Source of the DNA: an uncultured Microbacterium sp.
GTDB taxonomy: Bacteria; Actinomycetota; Actinomycetes; Actinomycetales; Microbacteriaceae
Length of the DNA stretch: 64,000 nt
Assembly: GCA_964406995.1 (NCBI GenBank)
Contig: CAYOTY010000001.1
Location: forward strand, 8,434 to 72,433
Direction: 5' to 3'
The first letter of the stretch is position 1. Each line of letters opens with the position of its first letter. The notes beneath the pieces were generated by a model. That model had not been told where the DNA came from and ran no database searches. It worked only from the letters and a program-made list of their open reading frames with translations. The translations under genes and the position numbers were made by a program. Positions 36,222 to 44,480 of the stretch are shown piece after piece.

Positions 36222-37537
36222 CAGCGCACCTCCTCGGTGTCGTTGCCGCCGTCTCCGGGCGCAGCACCTGCGGCATAGGCCTCTTCGAGTGCCTCGGTGA
36301 TGACGGCTTCGGGCACATCCAGCGAAGGCTCGATGAGCGGGATCTCGGTGGTGACAGGGGGAAGGTCGGCGAGCGCCGCCAAGAGGGTGACGCGCGGAAC
36401 CACACCGACGAGGCGATCGTCGTCATCGATGACCGCGACGGGCAGCGGACTCTCCACGGCCAGCTCGAACAACTCGGAGATGAGCTGATCCCGTGTCACG
36501 AAGCCCGGGCTCGGACGCAGCTTCGCGACGAGGTCGTTCTCGCCCTCGCGCACCTGACGCAGCACGTCCTTGTCGCGCACCACTCCGAGCAGCTTGCGCC
36601 CTGCATCGGTGACGAAGCAGGCCGAGGTCTGCATGTCTCGCATCATCTTCAGCGCTGCGCGCGGGCCCGCCGAGGCGAAGACGACGGCGTGCGCGGGCTC
36701 CATCACATCGCCGGCGGTGAGCACGCGCGCCCGGTCGACGTCCTGCACGAACTGCGACACGTAGTCGTTGGCGGGGTCGGTGAGGATCTCGTTGGGCGTG
36801 CCGATCTGCACGATGCGCCCGTCGCGCATGACCGCGATCCGGTCGCCGAGGAACATCGCCTCGTTCAGGTCGTGGGTGATGAACACGATCGTCTTGTGCA
36901 GCTTCTGCTGGAGCTCGACCAGCTGCTCCTGCATCTCTCGACGGATGAGCGGGTCGAGCGCGCTGAAGGCCTCGTCCATGAGCAGGACGTCCGTGTCGGA
37001 TGCCAGCGCACGGGCGATCCCCACGCGCTGCTGCATGCCGCCGGACAGCTCCGAGGGGAGCTTGTCGCCCCAGCCGGCCAGCCCCACCATGCCCAGGATC
37101 TCCTCTGCGCGTGCCAGGCGCTCGGCCTTGGCGACGCCCTTCAGCTCCAGCGGGTAGGCGACGTTGGCGGCGACCGTGCGGTGCGGCAGCAGCGCGAAGT
37201 GCTGGAACACCATCGACATCCGATCGCGGCGGAGTTCGCGGAGACGGTTCGCGGAGACGCCCGTCACCGGATCCCCGCCGACGAGCACCTCGCCGTCGGT
37301 CACGTCGTGGAGTCCATTCAGCATCCGGATGACCGTCGACTTGCCAGAGCCGGAGAGCCCCATGATGACGAAGATCTCACCGCGCTTCACAGAGAAGCTG
37401 GCGTCGATGACGGCGGCGGTGCCGGCGTCGGCCACGTCGGCGCGACTCTCGCCGGCCTTCAGCCGGCGGACCGCCTGCTTCGGGTTCTTGCCGAAGACCT
37501 TGTACAGATGGCGCGCTTCAAGAGCATACTCGGACAC
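36221..37537 (-). CDS. opuAA: Glycine betaine ABC transporter ATPase with CBS domains
   Basis: GLSGSGKS, LSGGMQQRVG, MDEAFSALDPLIR, C-terminal CBS pair; GTG 37537 or 37555. Confidence 0.93.
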   Translation of the reverse strand: MSEYALEARHLYKVFGKNPKQAVRRLKAGESRADVADAGTAAVIDASFSVKRGEIFVIMGLSGSGKSTVIRMLNGLHDVTDGEVLVGGDPVTGVSANRLRELRRDRMSMVFQHFALLPHRTVAANVAYPLELKGVAKAERLARAEEILGMVGLAGWGDKLPSELSGGMQQRVGIARALASDTDVLLMDEAFSALDPLIRREMQEQLVELQQKLHKTIVFITHDLNEAMFLGDRIAVMRDGRIVQIGTPNEILTDPANDYVSQFVQDVDRARVLTAGDVMEPAHAVVFASAGPRAALKMMRDMQTSACFVTDAGRKLLGVVRDKDVLRQVREGENDLVAKLRPSPGFVTRDQLISELFELAVESPLPVAVIDDDDRLVGVVPRVTLLAALADLPPVTTEIPLIEPSLDVPEAVITEALEEAYAAGAAPGDGGNDTEEVR

Positions 37538-37766
37538 GTTTCCCCCGCCGCCCACCGAGTGATTCGGGTCTCGGGGGGCTTGCTTCGGTTACGTCCGGGT
37601 GATGATCACAGGGCCGTTTCGTCATGGCTATGCCAGCGGCGCGGACGGCGGATTTCGGATCTGCCGCAAAGAACATCGACCGTACGCTCACGCCTCTTCG
37701 TGCACAGCTTCAAACGAAAGAAGGACGCGACCGCGGACTGGTCTCGGCCCCGCAGGGCCGTCATCC

Positions 37767-37795
37767 ACGCTAACGAAGGCGCCTGGCCGGGGCAA
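37767..37795 (-). promoter_or_regulatory. Sigma70-type promoter of the opuA operon
   Basis: TTGCCC-17-TAGCGT on the minus strand. Confidence 0.5.
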
Positions 37796-37872
37796 ATCGC
37801 GTTATGCGTTCGATATACGGCAGATGCGGCGAGCGCCCTGCACGACACAGGCGCGGGCGCACGCGGTTCGCG

Positions 37873-39084
37873 TCACCGTCCTCCGCCGCGCACCGAGTGC
37901 GTCACCGTGAATTTCGGGGTGCGGTGGAGCTGCTCGGTCTCGCCGACGACGCGCTCGAGCTGCGGCCGATAGGCGAGGTGCGAGTTCCAGACGGCGAGGA
38001 GTTCGCCTCCCGGTCTCAGCAGGCGCGCGGACGCCTCGAACAGCCTGATCGCGGCACCTTTGTGCACGCTCGTGCCCAGGTGGAACGGCGGGTTGAGGAG
38101 GATGAGGTCGGCAGACGCGTCCGGTAGCTCGGAGCCGGCGTCGTCATGGGTCACTATGACACGGTCTTCCAGGTGATTGGCACGCATCGTCGCTTGGGCC
38201 GAGCGGACCGCGGCCGCCGAGCGATCGGTCGCGACGATCCTGGCGGGCGGGTCGAGCACGGCGTAGGCGGCGGCGAGCGCACCGGTGCCGCAGCCGAGGT
38301 CGATGGCGGTGTAGGTGTCGGTGTGCCTAACTCCGGAAGAATCGGCCGTTTCGGCCCGATTCTGCCCGGTTTCGGCGGTTCCGGGGGCATCCTTCCGGAG
38401 TTGTTGACGCGCATGAAGAGTGGCCAGCAGCGCCCGCGTGCCGATATCCAGCCGCGGGCCGGCGAACGCGCCGCCGTGTGCTGCCAGGATGAGACCCTCG
38501 TGCTCAGCGAAGACGGGGAAGGGCGGCTCCTCGGGCACCGGCAGCGGTCCGGAGGCCACGATCAGCCGCGACTTCTGTTCCGCGCGCTGCGGCTGCACGG
38601 CGCCGAAGCATCGCGCGAGCACCTCGTTCTGCGCGAGCGTCATGTGCTTGACCCGGCCGCCCGCGATGAGCGTGACCTCGGGCTCGGCCCAGCGGGCGAC
38701 GGCATCCGCGATCTCCGCGAGTTCGGCGAGCGACTTCGGCAGCTGCAGGAGCACGAGGGTCGCACCACGCAGCAGCGAGGCGTCCAGCTCGCACGGCACG
38801 AAGCCCTCGATGCCCAGGGCCCCGGCATTGCGCTCGAGCGCCCGGCGTCCGGTCGCGAGGTCCTGGTGGACCCGGATGCCGGCGAGGCCTGCATCCGTCA
38901 GCCGCAGGGTGATCGCGCCGTACTCGTCGCCGATCACGGCGATCTCTTCACCGGCGACTCCATGCTCCGCGGCGAGCGCGAGGGCCTGCTCGGCGAGCAG
39001 GCGGTCGGTCGCATCGTGGGCGAAGAGGTTCGGCGCCTCGACGTCGGGCGCGCGGCGCAGCTTCTCCCAGGGGAACTCGGTCAC
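37873..39084 (-). CDS. Class I SAM methyltransferase, RlmG/RsmC-like rRNA m2G methyltransferase
   Basis: LDIGTR, DLGCGTG, NPPFH; TAGGGT 7 nt before GTG 39084; ~30-aa insertion. Confidence 0.88.
   Translation of the reverse strand: MTEFPWEKLRRAPDVEAPNLFAHDATDRLLAEQALALAAEHGVAGEEIAVIGDEYGAITLRLTDAGLAGIRVHQDLATGRRALERNAGALGIEGFVPCELDASLLRGATLVLLQLPKSLAELAEIADAVARWAEPEVTLIAGGRVKHMTLAQNEVLARCFGAVQPQRAEQKSRLIVASGPLPVPEEPPFPVFAEHEGLILAAHGGAFAGPRLDIGTRALLATLHARQQLRKDAPGTAETGQNRAETADSSGVRHTDTYTAIDLGCGTGALAAAYAVLDPPARIVATDRSAAAVRSAQATMRANHLEDRVIVTHDDAGSELPDASADLILLNPPFHLGTSVHKGAAIRLFEASARLLRPGGELLAVWNSHLAYRPQLERVVGETEQLHRTPKFTVTHSVRGGGR
38320..38410. repeat. Palindromic element in frame inside the methyltransferase
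   Basis: GGTGTGCCTAACTCCGGAA identical to 41575-41593; AACTCCGGA-56 bp-TCCGGAGTT. Confidence 0.75.
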
Positions 39085-39149
39085 GCAGGTCACCCTATCC
39101 CGGCCGAACACCCCGGAGTCCGCCCAGTTGACACACGTCAGGTTATGTA

Positions 39150-39171
39150 GTTAGTTAGTCTAGTAACTAAC
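39150..39171. promoter_or_regulatory. YtrA-type GntR operator
   Basis: GTTAGTTA-GTCTAG-TAACTAAC inverted repeat downstream of TTGACA (39128) and upstream of the GntR gene. Confidence 0.7.
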
Positions 39172-39191
39172 CCACCAACCCAGGAGACACT

Positions 39192-39560
39192 GTGATCGAA
39201 GAGGGCAAGCCCCTGTTCCTCCAGATCGCCGAGGCGATCGAGGACTCGATCCTCGACGGCTCGCTGGCCGAGGACACCCAGGCCCCTTCGACGAACGAGC
39301 TCGCCGCCTTCTACCGCATCAACCCCGCCACCGCCGCGAAAGGAGTCGCCATGCTCACCGACAAGCAGATCCTGCACAAGCGCCGCGGCATCGGCATGTT
39401 CGTCTCCGTCGGCGCGCGCGACATCCTCCTGAACGAACGCCGCGCCGCCTTCGCGAAGCGCTACATCGATCCGCTGCTCGCAGAAGCCCGGGCCCTCGGC
39501 CTCGGCCCCAGCGACCTCGCCGCACTGCTCGAAGAGCGCGCTGCGGCATCCGACCACTGA
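39192..39560 (+). CDS. GntR family regulator, YtrA subfamily
   Basis: PLFLQIAE...PSTNELA...INPATAAKG...RRGIGMFV; 122 aa; precedes an ABC transporter. Confidence 0.93.
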   Translation: MIEEGKPLFLQIAEAIEDSILDGSLAEDTQAPSTNELAAFYRINPATAAKGVAMLTDKQILHKRRGIGMFVSVGARDILLNERRAAFAKRYIDPLLAEARALGLGPSDLAALLEERAAASDH

Positions 39561-39586
39561 CCATTCACACGACGAAGGGAACACCC

Positions 39587-40483
39587 ATGTCCGCCGTGAT
39601 CGAGGTGCACGACCTCACCAAGCGCTACAAGGACACCGCCGCGCTCGACGGCGTCAGCCTCTCACTCGATCCCGGGAGGATCTACGGCCTGCTCGGCCGC
39701 AACGGGGCCGGCAAGACCACGCTCATGTCGATCCTCACCGCTCAAAACTTCGCCACCAGCGGCACCGCGCGCATCTTCGGCGAGAACCCCTACGAGAACG
39801 AGAAAGTGCTCTCGCGCATGTGCTTCGTGCGGGAGAGCCAGAAGTATCCCGACGACGCCAAGCCCGGCCACGCCTTCCGGGTCGCCCGGATGTTCTTCCC
39901 GAACTGGGATGAAGAGCTCGCCCAGCAGCTCATCACGGACTTCCAGCTCCCGATGAAGCAGACCATCAAGAAGCTCTCCCGCGGGCAGCTCTCGGCCGTC
40001 GGCGTGATCATCGGCCTCGCTTCGCGCGCCGAGATCACCTTCTTCGACGAGCCTTACCTGGGCCTCGACGCCGTCGCGCGTCAGATCTTCTACGATCGCC
40101 TCCTCGAGGACTACGCGGAACACCCGCGCACGATCATCCTTTCCAGCCACCTGATCGACGAGGTCTCCAACCTCATCGAGCACGTCATCGTCATCGATCA
40201 GGGCAAGATCCTCCTCAACGAGGAGACCGATGCCGTGCGCGACCGCGCCGTCACGGTCGTCGGCGACGCCGCCAAGGTCGACGCCTGGGCCGCGGGCCGC
40301 GAGGTCATCCACCGCGAGGCGCTGGGGCGCGTGGCATCCGTCACCGTGCTCGGCACCCTCACCCACGAGGAACGCCAGGCACTGGCGGCATCCGACCTCG
40401 ACGTCGCGCCCGTCTCGCTGCAGCAGCTCGTCGTCCGCCTCACCCTCCGAAACGGAGACGCACAGAAGGAGGAGAAGCGATGA
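39587..40483 (+). CDS. ABC-2 type exporter ATP-binding protein
   Basis: GRNGAGKT, LSRGQ, FDEP, SSH. Confidence 0.93.
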   Translation: MSAVIEVHDLTKRYKDTAALDGVSLSLDPGRIYGLLGRNGAGKTTLMSILTAQNFATSGTARIFGENPYENEKVLSRMCFVRESQKYPDDAKPGHAFRVARMFFPNWDEELAQQLITDFQLPMKQTIKKLSRGQLSAVGVIIGLASRAEITFFDEPYLGLDAVARQIFYDRLLEDYAEHPRTIILSSHLIDEVSNLIEHVIVIDQGKILLNEETDAVRDRAVTVVGDAAKVDAWAAGREVIHREALGRVASVTVLGTLTHEERQALAASDLDVAPVSLQQLVVRLTLRNGDAQKEEKR

Positions 40484-41187
40484 ACCGCATCCTCGCCACA
40501 GCCCGCATGCAGCTGGTCAACACCCAGACCTACATATGGGTCCCGATCCTCGTGGTCACCGGCGCTTTCGTGATCAACTGGCTCATCTTCGCGATCGTCA
40601 CCGGCGCAGCCGGCGGCATCCCGGAGAGGGACGAGACATTCACCGGCGCCTCGCAGGCACCGCTGTGGTACTTCCTCGTCATCGGCATCCAGAGCCTCAC
40701 GCTGACCTTCCCCTTCTCGCAGGCGATGAGCATCTCGCGTCGCACCTTCTTCCTCGGCACCGCCCTCATCACCGCCGGCGCCGGCGCGGTGCTGGCCACC
40801 GTGTACACGCTGCTGCGCATCCCCGAGCTGGCCACGAACGGCTGGGGCGTGGGCGCCTACATGTTCAACGTCCGCTGGGTCACCGACGGGCCCTGGTACG
40901 AGGGGTGGCTGTTCTTCTTCGCGATGACGCTGCTGTTCTTCGTCATCGGCTTCTGGACGGCGACCATCTACAAGCGCTTCGGCACGGTCGTGATCACCGT
41001 CGTGATCACGGGTCTCGCCCTCCTGGTAATCGGCCTCATCGCCCTCATCACCTGGCAGAAGTGGTGGCTGAACGTCGGCCTGTGGCTCGACACCATCACG
41101 CCGCTGTCCACCTCGCTGTGGGTGCTGCTCGCGACCGTCGTGCTGGGCGTGTCCTCCTACTTCACGCTGCGTCGCGCGGTGCCGTAG
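40480..41187 (+). CDS. ABC transporter permease
   Basis: About 6 TM segments; ATGA-coupled to the ATPase. Confidence 0.85.
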   Translation: MNRILATARMQLVNTQTYIWVPILVVTGAFVINWLIFAIVTGAAGGIPERDETFTGASQAPLWYFLVIGIQSLTLTFPFSQAMSISRRTFFLGTALITAGAGAVLATVYTLLRIPELATNGWGVGAYMFNVRWVTDGPWYEGWLFFFAMTLLFFVIGFWTATIYKRFGTVVITVVITGLALLVIGLIALITWQKWWLNVGLWLDTITPLSTSLWVLLATVVLGVSSYFTLRRAVP

Positions 41188-41195
41188 AAGCAGTA

Positions 41196-41294
41196 GCGGG
41201 CTCCGGGATGCGTGTGCCGGGGCGCCTTGGGAGGGGCCCCGCGAAGCGGGGAGGGACCCACCCTTAGCCCCGGCACACGCATCCCGGAGCCCGC
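41196..41294. repeat. 99-bp element with 28-bp perfect terminal IR and an inner CCCCGC-GAA-GCGGGG hairpin
   Basis: GCGGGCTCCGGGATGCGTGTGCCGGGGC ... GCCCCGGCACACGCATCCCGGAGCCCGC. Confidence 0.8.
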
Positions 41295-41304
41295 GTCCGC
41301 CCCG

Positions 41305-41523
41305 CTACAGCCCGCCGGCCAGTGCGATGACACCGGCGATGGCGGATGCCGCGGCGAGCACCAGTGCGATCGCGATCAGCACGATGTGCACGGTGAGGAA
41401 CTTCGTCGCCCTGCCGTTCTCGTCGCGCGCGCGAGGGTCGCGGGCGACACGGCGGTAGAACTGCGGCCAGACCACGGCGTTGAAGACGGCATTGGCCAGG
41501 AGAAGGATCGCGAGAAGAGTCAC
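41305..41523 (-). CDS. Small membrane protein (SCO4848-like)
   Basis: 72 aa, 2 TM, WPQF..RV..DPR...GRAT.FL.VH; TAGCGT 6 nt before GTG. Confidence 0.85.
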   Translation of the reverse strand: MTLLAILLLANAVFNAVVWPQFYRRVARDPRARDENGRATKFLTVHIVLIAIALVLAAASAIAGVIALAGGL

Positions 41524-41560
41524 GCCCCCACGCTACCGTCCTCGACGCGAGAGCCTTAGG

Positions 41561-41680
41561 GGTCGCGCTGATGGGGTGTGCCTAACTCCGGAAATGTAAC
41601 AGCCCTGACGCCATTTTTAGCTGGGCTCCGTGCGCCGGCAGCCGTTTCTCCGGAGTTAGGCACACCCCATCGGCGCGACC
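41561..41680. repeat. 120-bp MITE-like element: 32-bp terminal IR (1 mismatch), 56-bp spacer
   Basis: GGTCGCGCTGATGGGGTGTGCCTAACTCCGGA ... TCCGGAGTTAGGCACACCCCATCGGCGCGACC. Confidence 0.8.
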
Positions 41681-41682
41681 TA

Positions 41683-42552
41683 TTAGGCGAGAGGCTCGGA
41701 TGCCACGGGCCGCTCGCGTCCGGCCCAGACGGCGCCGGCGCTGGCCACCACCACGAGACCGATGCCGACGACCTCCAGCCAGCTCAGGCGCTGCTGCAGC
41801 AGCACGAGACCGGCGAGCGCGGCCGTCGCCGGGGCCAGGCTCATCAGGATACCGAAGACCGCCGGCGTGATGCGGCGCAGCGCCACCAGCTCCAGCGCGT
41901 AGGGGATCGTGGAGCTGAGCAGCGCGACAGCGGCGCCGAGGGCGAGCAGCTCCCACCGCAGGATCGCGGTGCCGGCGGTGACGAACCCGAACGGGAGGGC
42001 GACCAGAGCACCGACCGCCATCGCCAGCGCGAGACCGTCGAGCCTCGCGAACTCGCGACCCACACGCGTGGCCGAGAGGATGTAGAGCACCCAGCACACC
42101 GCGGCGCCGAGGGCATAGGCGACGCCGAGCGGGTCGAGACGATCCCAGCCCCCGCCGCCGAGCGCGACCACTCCGGCGAGCGCGACCACCGCCCAAAGCC
42201 ACACGATGCGGCGACGCGCCGCGATCACCGCGAGCGTCAGCGGCCCCAGCACCTCGATCGTCACCGTCACCCCGAGCGCCAGGCGCTCCAGCGCCAGGTA
42301 GAAGAACCCGTTCATCACCGCCAGCGACAGGCCCAGCGCCCAGACGGCCCGCCAGGCGACGGCGGTGTGTCCCCGCATCCGGGGCCTCGCGATCAGCAGC
42401 AGGATCACTGCCGAGAAGAACATGCGCAGGGCGACCATGCCCAGAGGGCCCGCCTGCGGGAACAGCAGCACCGCGATGGAGGCGCCGACCTCTTGGAAGA
42501 CCAGGCCGAGTGCGACGAGGACGACCGCACTGCCTCGTGCGGAGGAGCTCAT
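41683..42552 (-). CDS. EamA/RhtA family inner membrane transporter
   Basis: GVTVTIEVLGPL, SSTIPYALE, FGILMSLAP; 10 TM. Confidence 0.9.
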   Translation of the reverse strand: MSSSARGSAVVLVALGLVFQEVGASIAVLLFPQAGPLGMVALRMFFSAVILLLIARPRMRGHTAVAWRAVWALGLSLAVMNGFFYLALERLALGVTVTIEVLGPLTLAVIAARRRIVWLWAVVALAGVVALGGGGWDRLDPLGVAYALGAAVCWVLYILSATRVGREFARLDGLALAMAVGALVALPFGFVTAGTAILRWELLALGAAVALLSSTIPYALELVALRRITPAVFGILMSLAPATAALAGLVLLQQRLSWLEVVGIGLVVVASAGAVWAGRERPVASEPLA

Positions 42553-43829
42553 TCCTCGGTTTCAGCCGGAGCCGAGCACACCGCCAGCTCGGCGATCCGT
42601 GCGTGCTGATCCTCGGCCGTGAACGGAAGGGCGAACTCCGGGGCGGTCTGACCCGCCGCCGCCACGGCCTTCGACGCGATCGAGGCGAGCTCCCATGCCA
42701 GGTGGGCCGCCGGGGAGGCGCCTGCCGCCGAGCTGTTGAGCACGACCGCGACGGTGAAGCCGGTCTCGGGATCGGAGAACGCCGCCGTGGCGTAGCCCGG
42801 CACCGACCCGAACTGCCCGATCAGAGGGCCCACCAGATGCGCTCCGCCGGTCACCTGACGCCACAGCTCCGCGTTGTCGGAGAGCGGCAGGGGCGACGCC
42901 CAGCGGCTCGCGCTCGCCGCGCCGGGGATGGCCTGCGCGGCCGTCGCGCGCACGTAGCGGCCGAGGTCGTCGATCGTGGATACGACCCCCGAGTCGGTGT
43001 AGCCGACACTGGAGGAGAGCACCGAGATGTCCACCGGCGCCGCACAGTCCAGGGCGCCCTCGACCGTGGGCACGTAGTAGCCGGGAAGCGGAGTGCCCGC
43101 CGGGGCGGCGGCTGCCGTCTGCGGCAGCTCGGTACCCGACAGCTCGAGCGGGGCGACGACATACTGCTGGATGAGCTCGGCGGCGGTCTGGCCCGTCGCC
43201 CGCTCCAGTGCGAGGCCGAGCAGCATGTAGGCGGCATCCGAGTTGCGATACGTCGTGTCCGGCTCGGTGCGCGGCTTGCCGATGCCGTACGCGGCCAGCT
43301 CCAACGGACCCCAGACGCGTTCCGGGTTGGTGATCATCATGCTGCCGACCGTGCTGCGATAGTCGCCGATGCCCGCCGTGCCGTTGCAGAGGTCGAGCAG
43401 GCTGACGTCGCTGAGGTCGGGGACGCCCGAGACGTACCGGGACACGGCCGCGTTCTTGGACACGACGTTGCGTGCGTCGAGCGCATACAGCACGTCGCAG
43501 GTCATCAGGCGCGTGACCTCGGCGATGCGGAAGGACTGGTCGGCGGTCACCGGCGCCGTCGATTCGCGACCCTGCGTGCCGACTCCCGCGACCCAGCTGC
43601 CCGCCCACGGCACCCACACGCCGACGATCGCGCCGGTCGCGCCGGTCGCCGTCACGGCGTGGGCGACGGATGCCTCCAGCTGCGCGATCATCTCGGCCGG
43701 CAGCGCGCCCTCCGCCTGCGGGGGCGGGGTGAAGGTCGGTCCGGCTTCATCGCCCGTGCACCCCGATAACACCAGCATCGCAGCGGCACCACCGGCAACG
43801 GCTGCGATCAGTCTCCGCGACAACGACAT
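42549..43829 (-). CDS. Beta-lactamase/D-Ala-D-Ala peptidase-fold lipoprotein with degenerate catalytic motifs
   Basis: Start ATG 43829, lipobox LSGC; FRIAEVTR in place of FRIGSxTK; GVVSTIDDLGRY. Confidence 0.85.
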   Translation of the reverse strand: MSLSRRLIAAVAGGAAAMLVLSGCTGDEAGPTFTPPPQAEGALPAEMIAQLEASVAHAVTATGATGAIVGVWVPWAGSWVAGVGTQGRESTAPVTADQSFRIAEVTRLMTCDVLYALDARNVVSKNAAVSRYVSGVPDLSDVSLLDLCNGTAGIGDYRSTVGSMMITNPERVWGPLELAAYGIGKPRTEPDTTYRNSDAAYMLLGLALERATGQTAAELIQQYVVAPLELSGTELPQTAAAAPAGTPLPGYYVPTVEGALDCAAPVDISVLSSSVGYTDSGVVSTIDDLGRYVRATAAQAIPGAASASRWASPLPLSDNAELWRQVTGGAHLVGPLIGQFGSVPGYATAAFSDPETGFTVAVVLNSSAAGASPAAHLAWELASIASKAVAAAGQTAPEFALPFTAEDQHARIAELAVCSAPAETEE

Positions 43830-44014
43830 GCGGCTCCCTCGTTTCCTCTCGATTCTAAGCGTGCGGCGGCATCCGCCCGTCCCGCTCGCGCCGCTCTTTC
43901 CTGAGACTGCGCCACGAATCCCGGCAGCGCGCTCGCGCGAGCACGAAGAGCGCCGGACGCGATGCGGACAGGGACGCTCACGCCTCTTCGGCCGCGCACG
44001 CGTAGGCTGGTGCC

Positions 44015-44326
44015 GTGCCGTACACATTCGACCCTGCCATCGTCGCCGCCGTCCTCCACCACATGAACGACGACCACGCCGACGACAACCTGCTCATCGC
44101 ACGCGCCTTCTCGGAGGGGACGGATGCCGTCACCGCCGCCGTGATGACCGGCCTCGACGGCGACGCCGGCGTCTGGGAGGTCACCCGCGGCGAGACGGTC
44201 GAGCAGCTGCGCGTGTCGTGGCCGGGTGCGCCGATCACCGAGCGACCCGAGATCCGCCGCGAGGTCGTCGCGCTCTACGACGCCGCGTGCGAGCGCCTCG
44301 GCGTCACGCCGCGTCCGCACGCCTGA
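44015..44326 (+). CDS. DUF2470 domain protein (HugZ/GluBP-type domain)
   Basis: HHMNDDHADD motif; TAGGCT 6 nt before GTG. Confidence 0.85.
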   Translation: MPYTFDPAIVAAVLHHMNDDHADDNLLIARAFSEGTDAVTAAVMTGLDGDAGVWEVTRGETVEQLRVSWPGAPITERPEIRREVVALYDAACERLGVTPRPHA

Positions 44327-44355
44327 GCACGAGGGCGCCTGCGCCCGGCACGTTC

Positions 44356-44426
44356 CGCGAGACTGCAGTGGCGCAACGAGACGGCCGAGAAAGCCGACGG
44401 TCTCGTTGCGCGGATGCGGTCTCGCG
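44356..44426. repeat. Imperfect 27-bp inverted repeat (REP-like hairpin)
   Basis: CGCGAGACTGCAGTGGCGCAACGAGAC ... GTCTCGTTGCGCGGATGCGGTCTCGCG. Confidence 0.7.
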
Positions 44427-44456
44427 AGGATCCGGGGAACGCGGGCGGTCTCCAGA

Positions 44457-44475
44457 TGAGGCAACCCTTACAATG
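44457..44475 (+). promoter_or_regulatory. DtxR/IdeR box overlapping the TACAAT -10 of a probably leaderless hmuO promoter
   Basis: TGAGGCAACCCTTACAATG vs consensus TWAGGTWAGSCTWACCTWA; TACAAT 6 nt before ATG. Confidence 0.6.
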
Positions 44476-44480
44476 GGGCT

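Noticed and set aside
37606-37764. 52-aa upstream ORF in the opuA leader
   Set aside because: Its ATG is only 2 nt after the predicted -10, so it would precede the TSS; poor codon bias
38320-41680. CRISPR or integron interpretation of the fixed-spacer repeats
   Set aside because: Repeats are inverted and dispersed, not tandem direct; no cas or integrase gene; one copy lies inside a CDS
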